Source of the DNA: a bacterium
GTDB taxonomy: Bacteria > Bdellovibrionota > UBA1018
DNA length: 64,000 nucleotides
NCBI GenBank assembly: GCA_019751945.1
Contig: JAIEMT010000028.1
Location: 13,705 to 77,704 of the forward strand
Direction of reading: 5' to 3'
Position numbers and translations under genes: made by a program. A model generated the notes under the pieces. That model was not told where the DNA came from, did no database searches, and worked only from the letters and a program-made list of their open reading frames with translations. Below, one piece after another: positions 50,027 through 59,633 of the stretch; within the stretch, counting starts at the first letter, position 1, and the number at the start of each line of letters is the position of its first letter.

Positions 50027-50674
50027 CTAAGTTTTAGAACCCGCGACTACAGCCACATGCGGCGTATAGAGCTGCGCAACATAACGCTCTGATCCGAAGC
50101 GCTTTCCCACAGCGTATACAGCCACCGTCTGACCCGAAGTTGGAAGAACTGCATCGCTAGGAAAGGAAACCACGATCTGTTTTTTATCGGCCAACTCGAC
50201 CGAAACACTTCTCAGGCAAAAGAGCCAACTGTAAAAATCATTTTGAACTCGAGCAGGACGAGTGACCCGAGCTCCCCAAGCCACGCTGCCCGACTGACCG
50301 GAATTGACGACGACCTGAAAGAGTTCGTATTCCTTTCGAAGCCGCGCCATTCCCCAGGCCAGCCAGAGAATCGGTGCCGGAAAGGGGAGCGTGTAAATCA
50401 GCAAATTAAAAAGAACCCATTCATTGTAAGCCTGACATTGCTCTGCCTGAAACGATTGAGCCGGAAGGTCGGATTGACAGAACTCCGGTTTTTCCGTCAT
50501 CAGTCGCTGCACTCTTTTCAGATGTGAAACTTCGCGGATCTTTCCTTGAAAGAACGGAACTTTGGTCACGACTCCCACGGTCGCAACGCCAATATAAAGG
50601 AGAACGCCGGCAAACGGGAGCAGTCGTAAAAAGCATTTTAAGCGCGGTACACGATTAAAAGATGCACTGAGCAT
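50027..50674 (-). CDS. Membrane protein (hypothetical)
   Basis: 215 aa. Two clear TM helices (LLPFAGVLLYIGVATVGVV, LLIYTLPFPAPILWLAW). No family recognised. Confidence 0.45.
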   Translation of the reverse strand: MLSASFNRVPRLKCFLRLLPFAGVLLYIGVATVGVVTKVPFFQGKIREVSHLKRVQRLMTEKPEFCQSDLPAQSFQAEQCQAYNEWVLFNLLIYTLPFPAPILWLAWGMARLRKEYELFQVVVNSGQSGSVAWGARVTRPARVQNDFYSWLFCLRSVSVELADKKQIVVSFPSDAVLPTSGQTVAVYAVGKRFGSERYVAQLYTPHVAVVAGSKT

Positions 50675-50741
50675 AATCCGCTTATCGGCAAGTGGCTGAT
50701 TCGACTTGAGAATGCGAAATGCACGGTGCTAATATCCGGCA

Positions 50742-51683
50742 ATGGCTCAGTATCACGATTCCAATCCCACGCTGGACTTTGAGAAAGAACGACTGACCTT
50801 AGAGGTCCTCGAACAAGAGGACTTCGCATCGATGCTGATCCGCTCCTCCAACGACGGCATTCACGCTTACGATCAGGACTGCCGCTTCACGCTCTGGAAC
50901 CCGGTAATGGAAAGAATCACCGGAGTGCCTGCCAGTCAAGTCATTGGCCGCCGCGCCTTTGACCTGTTTCCATTTCTTGTGAAAGAAGGGGTCGATCAAA
51001 GTTTCTATTCCGCTCTCAGTGGACGCCCCTGTGAGGCGAAGGGATTCAACTACACGATTCCACACACCGGCCGACAGGGCGTTTTCGATCACCAGCACGC
51101 TCCACTCCGTGATGAAACTGGAAAAGTGGTCGGAGGATTTGCCATTGTTTCGGACGTTACGGGGCAAGAGAATACTTTCAAAAGTTTACGCCTACTCTCT
51201 GCTACGATGGATGTTCTATCTTCTTCCATGGATCGAGATGCCACTCTCAGCGCGATTTTGAAACTCTCCAGCCGAGCCTTCAACGGATGGTGCTGTCTCA
51301 GACTCTCTCACCTGGACCTTCCCGAACGAGAGCACGATCACTACATCGAACATAGCGATGAAATGCTGTCGGCACGGCTGAGAAAAATTAACGAGAACTA
51401 TCTGGTTTCCCCGGTAAAAGAGCCGCATACCACCGAGTGGATGCCCTACGTTTCTAAAGACACGATTCGATTCCTTGCTTCAAACCAGGAGCATTTTGAA
51501 ATTCTCCTCTCTCTGAACATCAAGTCCTACATTTGCATGCCGCTTCTCATGCGGGATCGAGTGGTGGGTTACTTTTCGATCGTCAGTTCCGAGCGCTCTC
51601 TTCGACAAAGTGATTTCAGCATGGCGACCGAAATGGGCCGCCTCTTAGCAATTGGATTGGACGGCGGAAAATTCCATAGATGA
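50742..51683 (+). CDS. PAS domain protein with GAF-like C-terminal region, no output domain
   Basis: 313 aa. PAS-like FASMLIRSSNDGIHAYDQDCRFTLWNPVMERITGV. The C-terminal half is GAF-like by eye (tentative). Confidence 0.65.
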   Translation: MAQYHDSNPTLDFEKERLTLEVLEQEDFASMLIRSSNDGIHAYDQDCRFTLWNPVMERITGVPASQVIGRRAFDLFPFLVKEGVDQSFYSALSGRPCEAKGFNYTIPHTGRQGVFDHQHAPLRDETGKVVGGFAIVSDVTGQENTFKSLRLLSATMDVLSSSMDRDATLSAILKLSSRAFNGWCCLRLSHLDLPEREHDHYIEHSDEMLSARLRKINENYLVSPVKEPHTTEWMPYVSKDTIRFLASNQEHFEILLSLNIKSYICMPLLMRDRVVGYFSIVSSERSLRQSDFSMATEMGRLLAIGLDGGKFHR

Positions 51684-52600
51684 AAACGCGCTCCACCTTT
51701 AGCGCGCTTTTAGTCGTACTCTCCCTTGCCGGCTGCGCCCAAGAAGACCGAGAACGCACGGACGAAGACTATCAGCGCCTGCTTCAAAGTCATCCCTCTC
51801 TCTTCAAAGCTCCTGTACCTCTAGGAACAGCCTTCAATAAGGAAGTCAGTTTTCTCAAAAAAACAGGCCAGATTTCGAAGGGGCAGTTCAACAAGATCAG
51901 CACAGCAATCGACAAGTCAACCGTTCGATTTGACGTACCTCCAGCCATTCTCTGGTGCCTACTCTACCAAGAGTCGCGCTTCGATGTTTTCAGGAATGCG
52001 ACCGAACCCAACCTAGCACGGGGAATTGGCCAGTTTCTTCAGCGCGCGTTAGATGAACTGAATGAGGATCCAGACCTTTTTGCAAAGGGAACCAAGGACC
52101 GTCTCAACGAAGTGATTAAGCCCGAACCTTTTCCAATTGCGTTTTCGATTTATCCGGAAAGTGCACTCCGTTCGATTCAGCTAGGAAAAACCACGAAAAT
52201 TCCGATGCAATCCAAGAACAGCTACTACCGAATTGAAACGGGAATTGCGGCATCGGCTGCTTATCTCAACAATCGCTATCGGCAGCTCGCTTCTGCTCTG
52301 AGAAAAAATAAAATCGGGTATCATCCCGACCTGCTCTGGCTCTATGCGGTGGCTGCGTACAACAAAGGGACTCGCGCTGTTTTTGCAGTACTCAACGGGG
52401 AAAGAACGGTGAAAGGGATTGATGGATTGGAAGATCTCCTCACGAATCCCACGAACACCTATAGCTTGCTCACGGACACGAAGCTCTTGGACTATCGATT
52501 ACGCCCGATCTGGGGAATCAATAAGAGAAGACGCTATGCCCAAGAGATGAGTAAGAATTTTGAAATGATTTATTCCTGTGCTTTTGGAGAAGAAAAATGA
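51680..52600 (+). CDS. Lipoprotein with soluble lytic transglycosylase (SLT)-like domain
   Basis: 306 aa. Lipobox LSLAGC. SLT-type motifs LLYQESRF (catalytic Glu), GIGQF and AAYNKG. ATGA overlap with the PAS gene. Confidence 0.7.
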   Translation: MKTRSTFSALLVVLSLAGCAQEDRERTDEDYQRLLQSHPSLFKAPVPLGTAFNKEVSFLKKTGQISKGQFNKISTAIDKSTVRFDVPPAILWCLLYQESRFDVFRNATEPNLARGIGQFLQRALDELNEDPDLFAKGTKDRLNEVIKPEPFPIAFSIYPESALRSIQLGKTTKIPMQSKNSYYRIETGIAASAAYLNNRYRQLASALRKNKIGYHPDLLWLYAVAAYNKGTRAVFAVLNGERTVKGIDGLEDLLTNPTNTYSLLTDTKLLDYRLRPIWGINKRRRYAQEMSKNFEMIYSCAFGEEK

Positions 52601-53166
52601 GCTCCAATTCTTCCCGAAAATTGGAATTCAAGCAGGTCCTCGTGATCGTTCTATTCGTTACTCTTTACATTGTAGCAATCTGGTATGCTGCGAATTATTT
52701 CAAAGCCAGGTATTCCAAGAGCGATTCCGGGTTAAGTAGCCATCCAGACTTCGAAGAATTAAAAGATCGTAACCCCAAGGAAAAAGAAGCAATCACGTCC
52801 CTGGATAAGGCCTCGTGGGAAGGATCTTGGGAAAAGCTGGCCCAGGAAAAAAATCGAATCTCTAAAGATTTTTCAAAAAATCAATTCAAACCGAGCTTGG
52901 GAGCATCGGTTTACTTCTTCCAAGAACATTTGGAATCAGGTTCCCTTGAGAAACAATTCACCGACGGCCACCTTGAGCCCGGCTTAAAAAATCTTCGTCA
53001 AGCCTACGAGTACGGGAACGACAAAGACGCGAAGAGGGCGTACGAGACTTTACAAAATCGCGTAGAAAACTATGAACTCGGAGCAACGACACAAGCAAGT
53101 GAGTTGAGCGAAGATGCTCAGAAATTCCTTGAGATCTATCAGCGTTTCTCAAGCCACAAAAAATAA
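52597..53166 (+). CDS. Membrane-anchored hypothetical protein
   Basis: 189 aa. Single N-terminal TM (VLVIVLFVTLYIVAIWYAA) and a charged helical remainder. 4-nt overlap with the SLT gene. Confidence 0.5.
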   Translation: MSSNSSRKLEFKQVLVIVLFVTLYIVAIWYAANYFKARYSKSDSGLSSHPDFEELKDRNPKEKEAITSLDKASWEGSWEKLAQEKNRISKDFSKNQFKPSLGASVYFFQEHLESGSLEKQFTDGHLEPGLKNLRQAYEYGNDKDAKRAYETLQNRVENYELGATTQASELSEDAQKFLEIYQRFSSHKK

Positions 53167-54438
53167 CTACTCTTTAATGACCACCCGATTTCGTCCGCGG
53201 TCTTTAGCTTTATAAAGTGCGGTGTCTGCTTCTTTGAGAACCTGCTCGGGATCTACATCTCGCAGGGGGTGCCGATCGGAAGCTCCGATACTGACGGTCA
53301 CTCGTGCCGTTTTTCCCTTAGATCCCAAACGACCGCGCTGAACCCAGTTGGTTTGAATTCTTTCTTTATCCCCGCGGCGAACATGAAACTTGCGCGAAGC
53401 CATGGAGTTTCGAATCTGATCCAGAAGTTTGTGAACCTGCTGCACGCTGAAGTTTTCAAAAACGACGCAGAACTCTTCGCCCCCGTAGCGATAAACCGTT
53501 CCGTAATTCCCCACTGACTTTCTAAAAAAACTTCCGACCAATCTTAAGACTTGATCGCCCACGTCATGTCCGTACTTGTCGTTAAAGGATTTGAAGTGGT
53601 CCACATCCACCATGGCCAGAGTGTAGAGATTTCCCAGCTGCTGCATTTTTTCATCGAATGCTCGACGATTCATCACCCCTGTCAGAGTATCCATGTAAAT
53701 CTTCTGCCAAAAAAGCTGAAGCAGCATGTACAAAAAGATCAGGCCGCAACCGATAAACCCCAGTGCAACACCTAAGCGCTCTCCAGCCGGAACTATTGAT
53801 CCGATTTTCCAGTATTCCAAGACACTGAGCACGGAAATCAGGCTCACTAAAAAACCTTCGAAAAACTGCCAGTAGGTGCTGAGCTGAACCAAGGCCTCGG
53901 TTCGAACTACGACCACCAGTACCAATGAAAGTATAATGAGAATCAAACTCAGCTGAGGGAGAAGCCAATGATGAGAGCCCGCACCAATCAACTTCCAAGC
54001 AAAGAGTCGATCCATCACTCCGGGTTTCCAAAGGTAGAGCCAATACCCGAATAGCGTGGGAAACAAAGCAGCCGAAAGCTGAAAAAACATTCGCTTCCCT
54101 AAGGGGCTGGTTTCTTTCATGGCAGAAATTAATAGTCCGGTCAGAGGAAGTGTGATGGCCAGTTCCTTACCCACCCAACCGGAATGTCGAATGGAGAAGA
54201 GCCAGTAGCTCAAGATCATTACCGCAGCGAAGTAAACAATTCGAAACTGATTGATTTTCCAAGCTAGGTACACCGCGACTAAGAAAAGTAAATAGGGCAA
54301 CCCCGAAGCTACCGAAACAACACTATTTCCCGTGAGGGAATTGAATTGAGGGGAACGAATCAGAGCGGTTCCCAAGAACGGTAAGAACGCGAATGCAAAG
54401 ACCAACAGCCATTTCTGAACTTCTCTTCGGTGAATCAA
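53167..54438 (-). CDS. Membrane-bound GGDEF diguanylate cyclase
   Basis: 423 aa. About 6-7 N-terminal TM helices, then a GGDEF domain with RYGGEEFCVV and ADTALYKAKDRGRNR. Confidence 0.85.
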   Translation of the reverse strand: MIHRREVQKWLLVFAFAFLPFLGTALIRSPQFNSLTGNSVVSVASGLPYLLFLVAVYLAWKINQFRIVYFAAVMILSYWLFSIRHSGWVGKELAITLPLTGLLISAMKETSPLGKRMFFQLSAALFPTLFGYWLYLWKPGVMDRLFAWKLIGAGSHHWLLPQLSLILIILSLVLVVVVRTEALVQLSTYWQFFEGFLVSLISVLSVLEYWKIGSIVPAGERLGVALGFIGCGLIFLYMLLQLFWQKIYMDTLTGVMNRRAFDEKMQQLGNLYTLAMVDVDHFKSFNDKYGHDVGDQVLRLVGSFFRKSVGNYGTVYRYGGEEFCVVFENFSVQQVHKLLDQIRNSMASRKFHVRRGDKERIQTNWVQRGRLGSKGKTARVTVSIGASDRHPLRDVDPEQVLKEADTALYKAKDRGRNRVVIKE

Positions 54439-54474
54439 CGGGCCTTAGCATAATGTTTAATTTCTACGACCACA

Positions 54475-55047
54475 ATGTTCTTCAATACAAAGCTGAAAGC
54501 AGTTAGAATCTTTTTTCGAGGAATCACCGTGGCGGCAAAAAGAAACGAAGCGTCCAACCGTTTGAAGTGGATTCTAGTAACCCTAATAGGTTGCGTCATT
54601 TTAGATCAGCTCACCAAATGGATGGCGATTGCTTGGCTCAAGAACCAACCTCCCATTATTTTTCCAGGGAACCTCTTTCGTTTCCAATACGCGGAAAACC
54701 CGGGTGCCTTTCTCAGCCTGGGTTCACAGCTTTCTGATTCCATGCGCTTTTGGGTATTTACCGTTTCAGTCGGAGCAGTGCTTTTGGCCTGCCTCTACTT
54801 CTTAATTAAAGAAAGGCAGGGTGATTTTTTTCAAACCCTCGCCTTTTCCCTGCTCATCGGCGGAGGTTTTAGCAATCTCCTCGATCGTATTTTTAGGAAT
54901 GAAGGACGCGTCGTGGACTTCATGAATATGGGAATTGGAAACCTGCGCACGGGCATTTTCAATATTGCCGACATGGCCATCATGGCTGGAATTGGAATTA
55001 TTTTAGTTCGAATTCCGCTCTCTCAAGAAGACGCTAAGCGGAAGTAA
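54475..55047 (+). CDS. lspA: Lipoprotein signal peptidase (signal peptidase II)
   Basis: Motifs LDQLTKW, NPGAFLS and FNIADMAI. The GTG at 54529, preceded by GAGGA, is a plausible alternative start. Confidence 0.8.
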   Translation: MFFNTKLKAVRIFFRGITVAAKRNEASNRLKWILVTLIGCVILDQLTKWMAIAWLKNQPPIIFPGNLFRFQYAENPGAFLSLGSQLSDSMRFWVFTVSVGAVLLACLYFLIKERQGDFFQTLAFSLLIGGGFSNLLDRIFRNEGRVVDFMNMGIGNLRTGIFNIADMAIMAGIGIILVRIPLSQEDAKRK

Positions 55048-55987
55048 AAGGAACGACTTGTTGCTTCTGAAACTCCGCATGGAGATTCTTAATCAGCTCG
55101 TGTCGAACTGCTCCCGAATCTTCCAATCGTTTTACCCGAAAAGACACCTGCAACTCAATATTCATGAAATTCGCTACCCCCATGGCCGCAAACTGAACTC
55201 CGGGGGTGCTATCGGCCACAATTGCAGAATGACTTTTGCCAATCGACTCAGCCACCTGTCGCGCAATCTTTTCGACTTTCTGAAGATCGTTCGCATAAGA
55301 AATCAAGACTGGAACCATGAGTGCCGCCGTGGAATCTGGCAGATCATAATTAATCAAAATCGCCGCTGAGATTTTGGAATTTGGAACTACAACGATGTTC
55401 TTAGAAGACAGGAGCAGGTGCGTACTTCTCCAGCCAATTCTTTGAACATAGCCCTCCACACCATCTTGCAATTTCACGTAATCGCCCACTCGAACAGGTT
55501 CATCGATGAGAATGTAAATCCCGCTGAAAAAGTTATTCAGAGTGTCTTGTAGAGCCAGAGCGACAGCGAGAGAGCCTACGCCGAGAGACGCTAAGATCGG
55601 TGTAATCGAGATTCCGAGAGTATCTAAACAGATCAACAACGACAGGCAATAGAGCACGAGCCTGAGAATAGTGAACACTAGACTACGAGCATTCTGTGTA
55701 AAAACCTCTGGAAGTTGAGCAGTTCTCAAAACAACTCCCAGGATACGATCCAGAAGAATCACGACCCCCAGAATTAAACCAATCTTCGGCCCATGAATAA
55801 GGAAAGGACTTTGCCGCATGCTCTCTGGAAGCCACTGAATGCCAATACCAAAGGCCACGATCCAAATCAGAAGACGCGTTGCCCGACGAATGGGGCGCAT
55901 GCGATTCTTATCAAAGCGCCGAAAGATCAGCTTACTGAGGAAGCGGAGAACAAAAGCAGTAAGGAGTGCCCCCACGATGGCCAGCAA
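55034..55987 (-). CDS. Small-conductance mechanosensitive channel (MscS family)
   Basis: 317 aa. 3-4 TM helices followed by the MscS beta-domain segment FFSGIYILIDEPVRVGDYVKL. The 3' end overlaps lspA by 14 nt. Confidence 0.85.
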   Translation of the reverse strand: MLAIVGALLTAFVLRFLSKLIFRRFDKNRMRPIRRATRLLIWIVAFGIGIQWLPESMRQSPFLIHGPKIGLILGVVILLDRILGVVLRTAQLPEVFTQNARSLVFTILRLVLYCLSLLICLDTLGISITPILASLGVGSLAVALALQDTLNNFFSGIYILIDEPVRVGDYVKLQDGVEGYVQRIGWRSTHLLLSSKNIVVVPNSKISAAILINYDLPDSTAALMVPVLISYANDLQKVEKIARQVAESIGKSHSAIVADSTPGVQFAAMGVANFMNIELQVSFRVKRLEDSGAVRHELIKNLHAEFQKQQVVPFTSA

Positions 55988-56049
55988 CCAATCATCGAGT
56001 GCAAACTTCTGGAGTTGAGCTTCGAACCAGCTAGTGAGGGTAGACAGTT

Positions 56050-58071
56050 TTAAGCGGCCTCGTCGGTAGAAATGCCTGGATTCGTTCTCTCTTCTTCCAC
56101 AACAGGCTCTTCTTCTTTTTGAGGAGGCAATTCTGCAGCGCCAATCTTGAGAATACGTGCGACTGCGAGAGTAATATCGTCGTCTAATTCTTTTTCGCCG
56201 TTGTGATTCATGAAATCTTGCATCAGCGTGTTTACAACATTTTGGGGACCGCTCTCAATAGCAGATTCGACAACGCTTCGAGTTCTCTTCTTGCCATACA
56301 TCACACCCGAGGAGTCGCGCCCTTCCATCAAGCCGTCAGTATAGAGAAAGAGGGTGTCGTTTTCTTTCAGTGTAACGGTTTTTTCTTCAAATTCCGCGCC
56401 GGAGCGATTTTCACCCAACCGAGTACCGAGAGCCATCAAGCTCTGAATCACCGTGCCATCACCATCTTTTCTGAAGAGCCAAGGTGGATTGTGGCCGGCA
56501 TTAGCGTAGGTCAGAGTGCCATATTCAAAATCAATTACGCCCACAAAAAACGTCATATTGATTTTCCCAAGAGAGGCATCAAAAACCACGCGATTTGCGT
56601 ATGAAAGCATCGCTGAGGGAGAGAATGAAAAATCGGGATCTTCAGCAGCGAGCTTATGCATGCAGCTGAAACAGCTTCGCGCAGATGCCGTAATCAGAGC
56701 GGAAGGAAGGCCGTGGCCAGTGGCATCAGAGATCATGATACAAAGCTTTTTGCCCACTCCAAAGAAACCCCACCAGTCACCACCGCACTGAGAAGCAGAT
56801 TTATAATAGCTACGAATATAAATATTTTCGTTACTAAACACTTCCGGCGGAATCAGTGTTTGTTGAACGGTAGAAGCGATGTTGATTTCGTTTTCTAGGC
56901 GAATGCGAAGAGCGCTCTCTTGGAAGAGTTCGCTGATTTTCTTCGACATCATATTAAATGAATTGGTCAGGGCGCCGATTTCGTCCTTCGATTGAACGCC
57001 CAGATCGAGATCAAAATTCCCTTTCCCGACTTCTTGAGTAGCGCCGTAGAGCCGCGCAATGGGAGCAGTGAGGTTCTTCGAAAAGAGAACGGCAAAGAGA
57101 ATTCCCATGCCGATGGCCATTCCGCCAAGAACCATGAAGCGTTCCATCATGAAGTAAGTAGCGCGCATGGCTTTGGTCCATTCTACCCGTGAAAGAACCA
57201 CTAAATTCAAACCGGGGCGAACGTAAGTACCAAGGTAGCGTTGTTCATCGATGCGGTAGTCAAACGTCCCGCTTGAAACTTTCGAGCCGTAAGCCTTTCT
57301 GAAAAGGGGATCTCTTGCCAGACTGCCCCCACCGAAGACCACGGCTGGGTCGGTATCAAACAAAATCCAACCGTTCAAATCCGTCACCGAAACATTCATT
57401 CCACGTAATTCTTCAACCATGGCCTTCAAAGAAATCACGCCCATGGCAACCGAAATCGGAGGAGCCGCCACCGGATTGGTCGGGTCGACAGGTTTCGCCG
57501 CACCCGCTTCGGCGTAAAAAATTGCTAGGAGCGGGGTTTCCAAGGAAGCTCCGGCCAAGTTCAAAAATGCGTAGCCTTCTTTTTGAAGCGCCGTCATTAC
57601 GACTTCTAATTGTTCGGGAGTGAGTTTCGTCGCAGTCGCCGGAACGTTGAGCTTCTTAGCTTCTGCTTCGCGTAAGACCGTGGTGGTCGGTGCCCAATCT
57701 TTCGTGGCCACATTGATGCGACCTACAGAAACCAAGATCAGATCGGACTGGTTGTTCACGACTGCTTTCAGTAAACTTTCAGCTTTAGCGGCAGGAGGTG
57801 GACTGGCAGGATTGACGTTGGCGAGGGAGAGTCTCAAAGTGTCGAAGGAATACTTCGCCGAATTAATAAAATTCTGTCCCACCAGATTCGCCTCGTTGGA
57901 TTGCGACTGATAGGTGTAGAATTGTTTATCTTCTTGGATCAGTAAAATGGCTGAGATGTTGATGAAGCCAATGACTACTAATAGAAGGACAACGACACTC
58001 ACCAACATTTTGGTGCTGACTGGGAACCGAATTCGAAATGACTTTGAAGCAGCAGTTTGACTCTTATCCAT
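56050..58071 (-). CDS. Membrane sensor PP2C-type (SpoIIE/RsbU-like) serine phosphatase with HAMP domain
   Basis: 673 aa: TM, a periplasmic domain of about 270 aa, TM, HAMP (LTAPIARLYGATQEVGKGNFD), then a SpoIIE/PP2C domain (GGDWWGF, ISDATGHG, TDGLMEGRD). Confidence 0.85.
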   Translation of the reverse strand: MDKSQTAASKSFRIRFPVSTKMLVSVVVLLLVVIGFINISAILLIQEDKQFYTYQSQSNEANLVGQNFINSAKYSFDTLRLSLANVNPASPPPAAKAESLLKAVVNNQSDLILVSVGRINVATKDWAPTTTVLREAEAKKLNVPATATKLTPEQLEVVMTALQKEGYAFLNLAGASLETPLLAIFYAEAGAAKPVDPTNPVAAPPISVAMGVISLKAMVEELRGMNVSVTDLNGWILFDTDPAVVFGGGSLARDPLFRKAYGSKVSSGTFDYRIDEQRYLGTYVRPGLNLVVLSRVEWTKAMRATYFMMERFMVLGGMAIGMGILFAVLFSKNLTAPIARLYGATQEVGKGNFDLDLGVQSKDEIGALTNSFNMMSKKISELFQESALRIRLENEINIASTVQQTLIPPEVFSNENIYIRSYYKSASQCGGDWWGFFGVGKKLCIMISDATGHGLPSALITASARSCFSCMHKLAAEDPDFSFSPSAMLSYANRVVFDASLGKINMTFFVGVIDFEYGTLTYANAGHNPPWLFRKDGDGTVIQSLMALGTRLGENRSGAEFEEKTVTLKENDTLFLYTDGLMEGRDSSGVMYGKKRTRSVVESAIESGPQNVVNTLMQDFMNHNGEKELDDDITLAVARILKIGAAELPPQKEEEPVVEEERTNPGISTDEAA

Positions 58072-58085
58072 TCAGGTCTTTGCCT

Positions 58086-59633
58086 ATGATTCAAATCGTC
58101 AGAATCCCGCGCTTTCTGAAGGGATTTCTCCGATCGTCAAAATCCTGTCTCTGTTTCACTGGGGTTTTCTCCGTTCTCCTATGCTGCGCCGCATCTAATG
58201 CGGACACAACTCTCCCTTACACGCAGCGCAGCGTCGGATACTCGGCTTACAACAACACCGTACAAGGCGATTTGAACACCCTAGGAATGGCCGGCGCCAC
58301 TCTGGGTCTGGTCACCAGTTTTAATTCGTCGGCTTCCAATCCCGCAGGCTTAGCCATGACTTTAAACGGGGTCAGCTTAGAAATTACGGGCAACACCATC
58401 TACGACGGTCGAATGCAATGGTACGACGCGGGCATCGACACCGTTCACTATGGTTTGGCTGCCAACCTCTACCCCTGGGGTTTCAGCTTGGGATATTGGA
58501 CACCGCAAGCAGAAGGACAAAACTACTTAGCCAATCCTTCACTCACCCCCACTCGACTTCGAGTCGACACTCATGAATTACGAGCGTCTATCGCGCGCGT
58601 TTTTCTGGAGGATAAACTGTCTGTCGGAGTCGGTTTGGTACTGGGACACCATTCGCAAGATAGCATTACGAATGGATCTAAATCTTCGCAATCGATCGAT
58701 GCCTTTAGCACCACGTTCGGAGCCATGTACCAGTTTCCGCGTCGCTGGATTCTGGGCGTGTCCTTCAACCCCGCAATTAAATACAAAGTCGGCCACTCTG
58801 TCGGCGCAGATCCGGTCATTCCAAGTTTTTATCAAGAAGCCCAGTCTCCCGATCGACTGGGCATTGGCCTGGGCTGGATTCCCAATCGCTACTTCAGCTT
58901 TGGATTTTCAGTTTATTGGGTAGGCATCTCGCCCAACGCTGCTCTCTTAAGCGATGAAACTCAGCTCGTGGGCTATCGCCAGGTCCTTCAACCTCGCGTG
59001 GGTGCCTCCTACACAGTTGCAGAATTTCGCGAACTCAAGATTCAAGCCATCGCAGGCACATACTATGAATTCTCTCGAACGCAGGGAATTGGCGATCGCC
59101 TCCACGGAACTGCTAGCTTGAAAGTAGACCCCTGGATTTTCCAAGTAGGCTGGGGACTCGACTTCGCCGACAAATATCGTAATTTCATTTATTCCTTCGG
59201 GATCGACTTGATGAAAACCATGCGCAAGCTGGACCTTGTGCCGAAAGAAAAACGCCGGGACTATGCTGGTTTTCTTCCGCGCCACGACCACTATTCAGAT
59301 GAAGGGCTAGCTCGCCCGCTGGTAGAAAACTGGAATCCCAGAGAACGCGACGAAGACCTGCTTCAGGTCGGCTTAGATATTCCTAAGAAGCTAGGAGAAA
59401 AAATCGAAGCTACAAAAGAAGAATTCGAGAAGGCTTTTGAAACCACCGATGGCGACAAACCGGCGAAGGCGAAAAAGAAGTTGAAGAAAAAGAAACCGCC
59501 TGTGGCTGCTAAATCAGCAAAAGGCGTGAAACATTCAGCTCCGAAAAAGAAACTCTCCGCAAACTCTAAGAAAAAGCCTGCTAAAGGCGCAAAATCGCCA
59601 CCTAAGAAAAAGAAACCTCAATCAGAAGACTAG
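58086..59633 (+). CDS. Outer-membrane beta-barrel-like protein with lysine-rich C-terminal tail
   Basis: I chose the start at 58086 (MIQIVRIPRF...) to avoid overlapping the divergent gene. Signal-like region, NPAGLAM motif and beta-strand periodicity. The last roughly 60 aa form a KKKxK/PAK-rich tail. Confidence 0.55.
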   Translation: MIQIVRIPRFLKGFLRSSKSCLCFTGVFSVLLCCAASNADTTLPYTQRSVGYSAYNNTVQGDLNTLGMAGATLGLVTSFNSSASNPAGLAMTLNGVSLEITGNTIYDGRMQWYDAGIDTVHYGLAANLYPWGFSLGYWTPQAEGQNYLANPSLTPTRLRVDTHELRASIARVFLEDKLSVGVGLVLGHHSQDSITNGSKSSQSIDAFSTTFGAMYQFPRRWILGVSFNPAIKYKVGHSVGADPVIPSFYQEAQSPDRLGIGLGWIPNRYFSFGFSVYWVGISPNAALLSDETQLVGYRQVLQPRVGASYTVAEFRELKIQAIAGTYYEFSRTQGIGDRLHGTASLKVDPWIFQVGWGLDFADKYRNFIYSFGIDLMKTMRKLDLVPKEKRRDYAGFLPRHDHYSDEGLARPLVENWNPRERDEDLLQVGLDIPKKLGEKIEATKEEFEKAFETTDGDKPAKAKKKLKKKKPPVAAKSAKGVKHSAPKKKLSANSKKKPAKGAKSPPKKKKPQSED

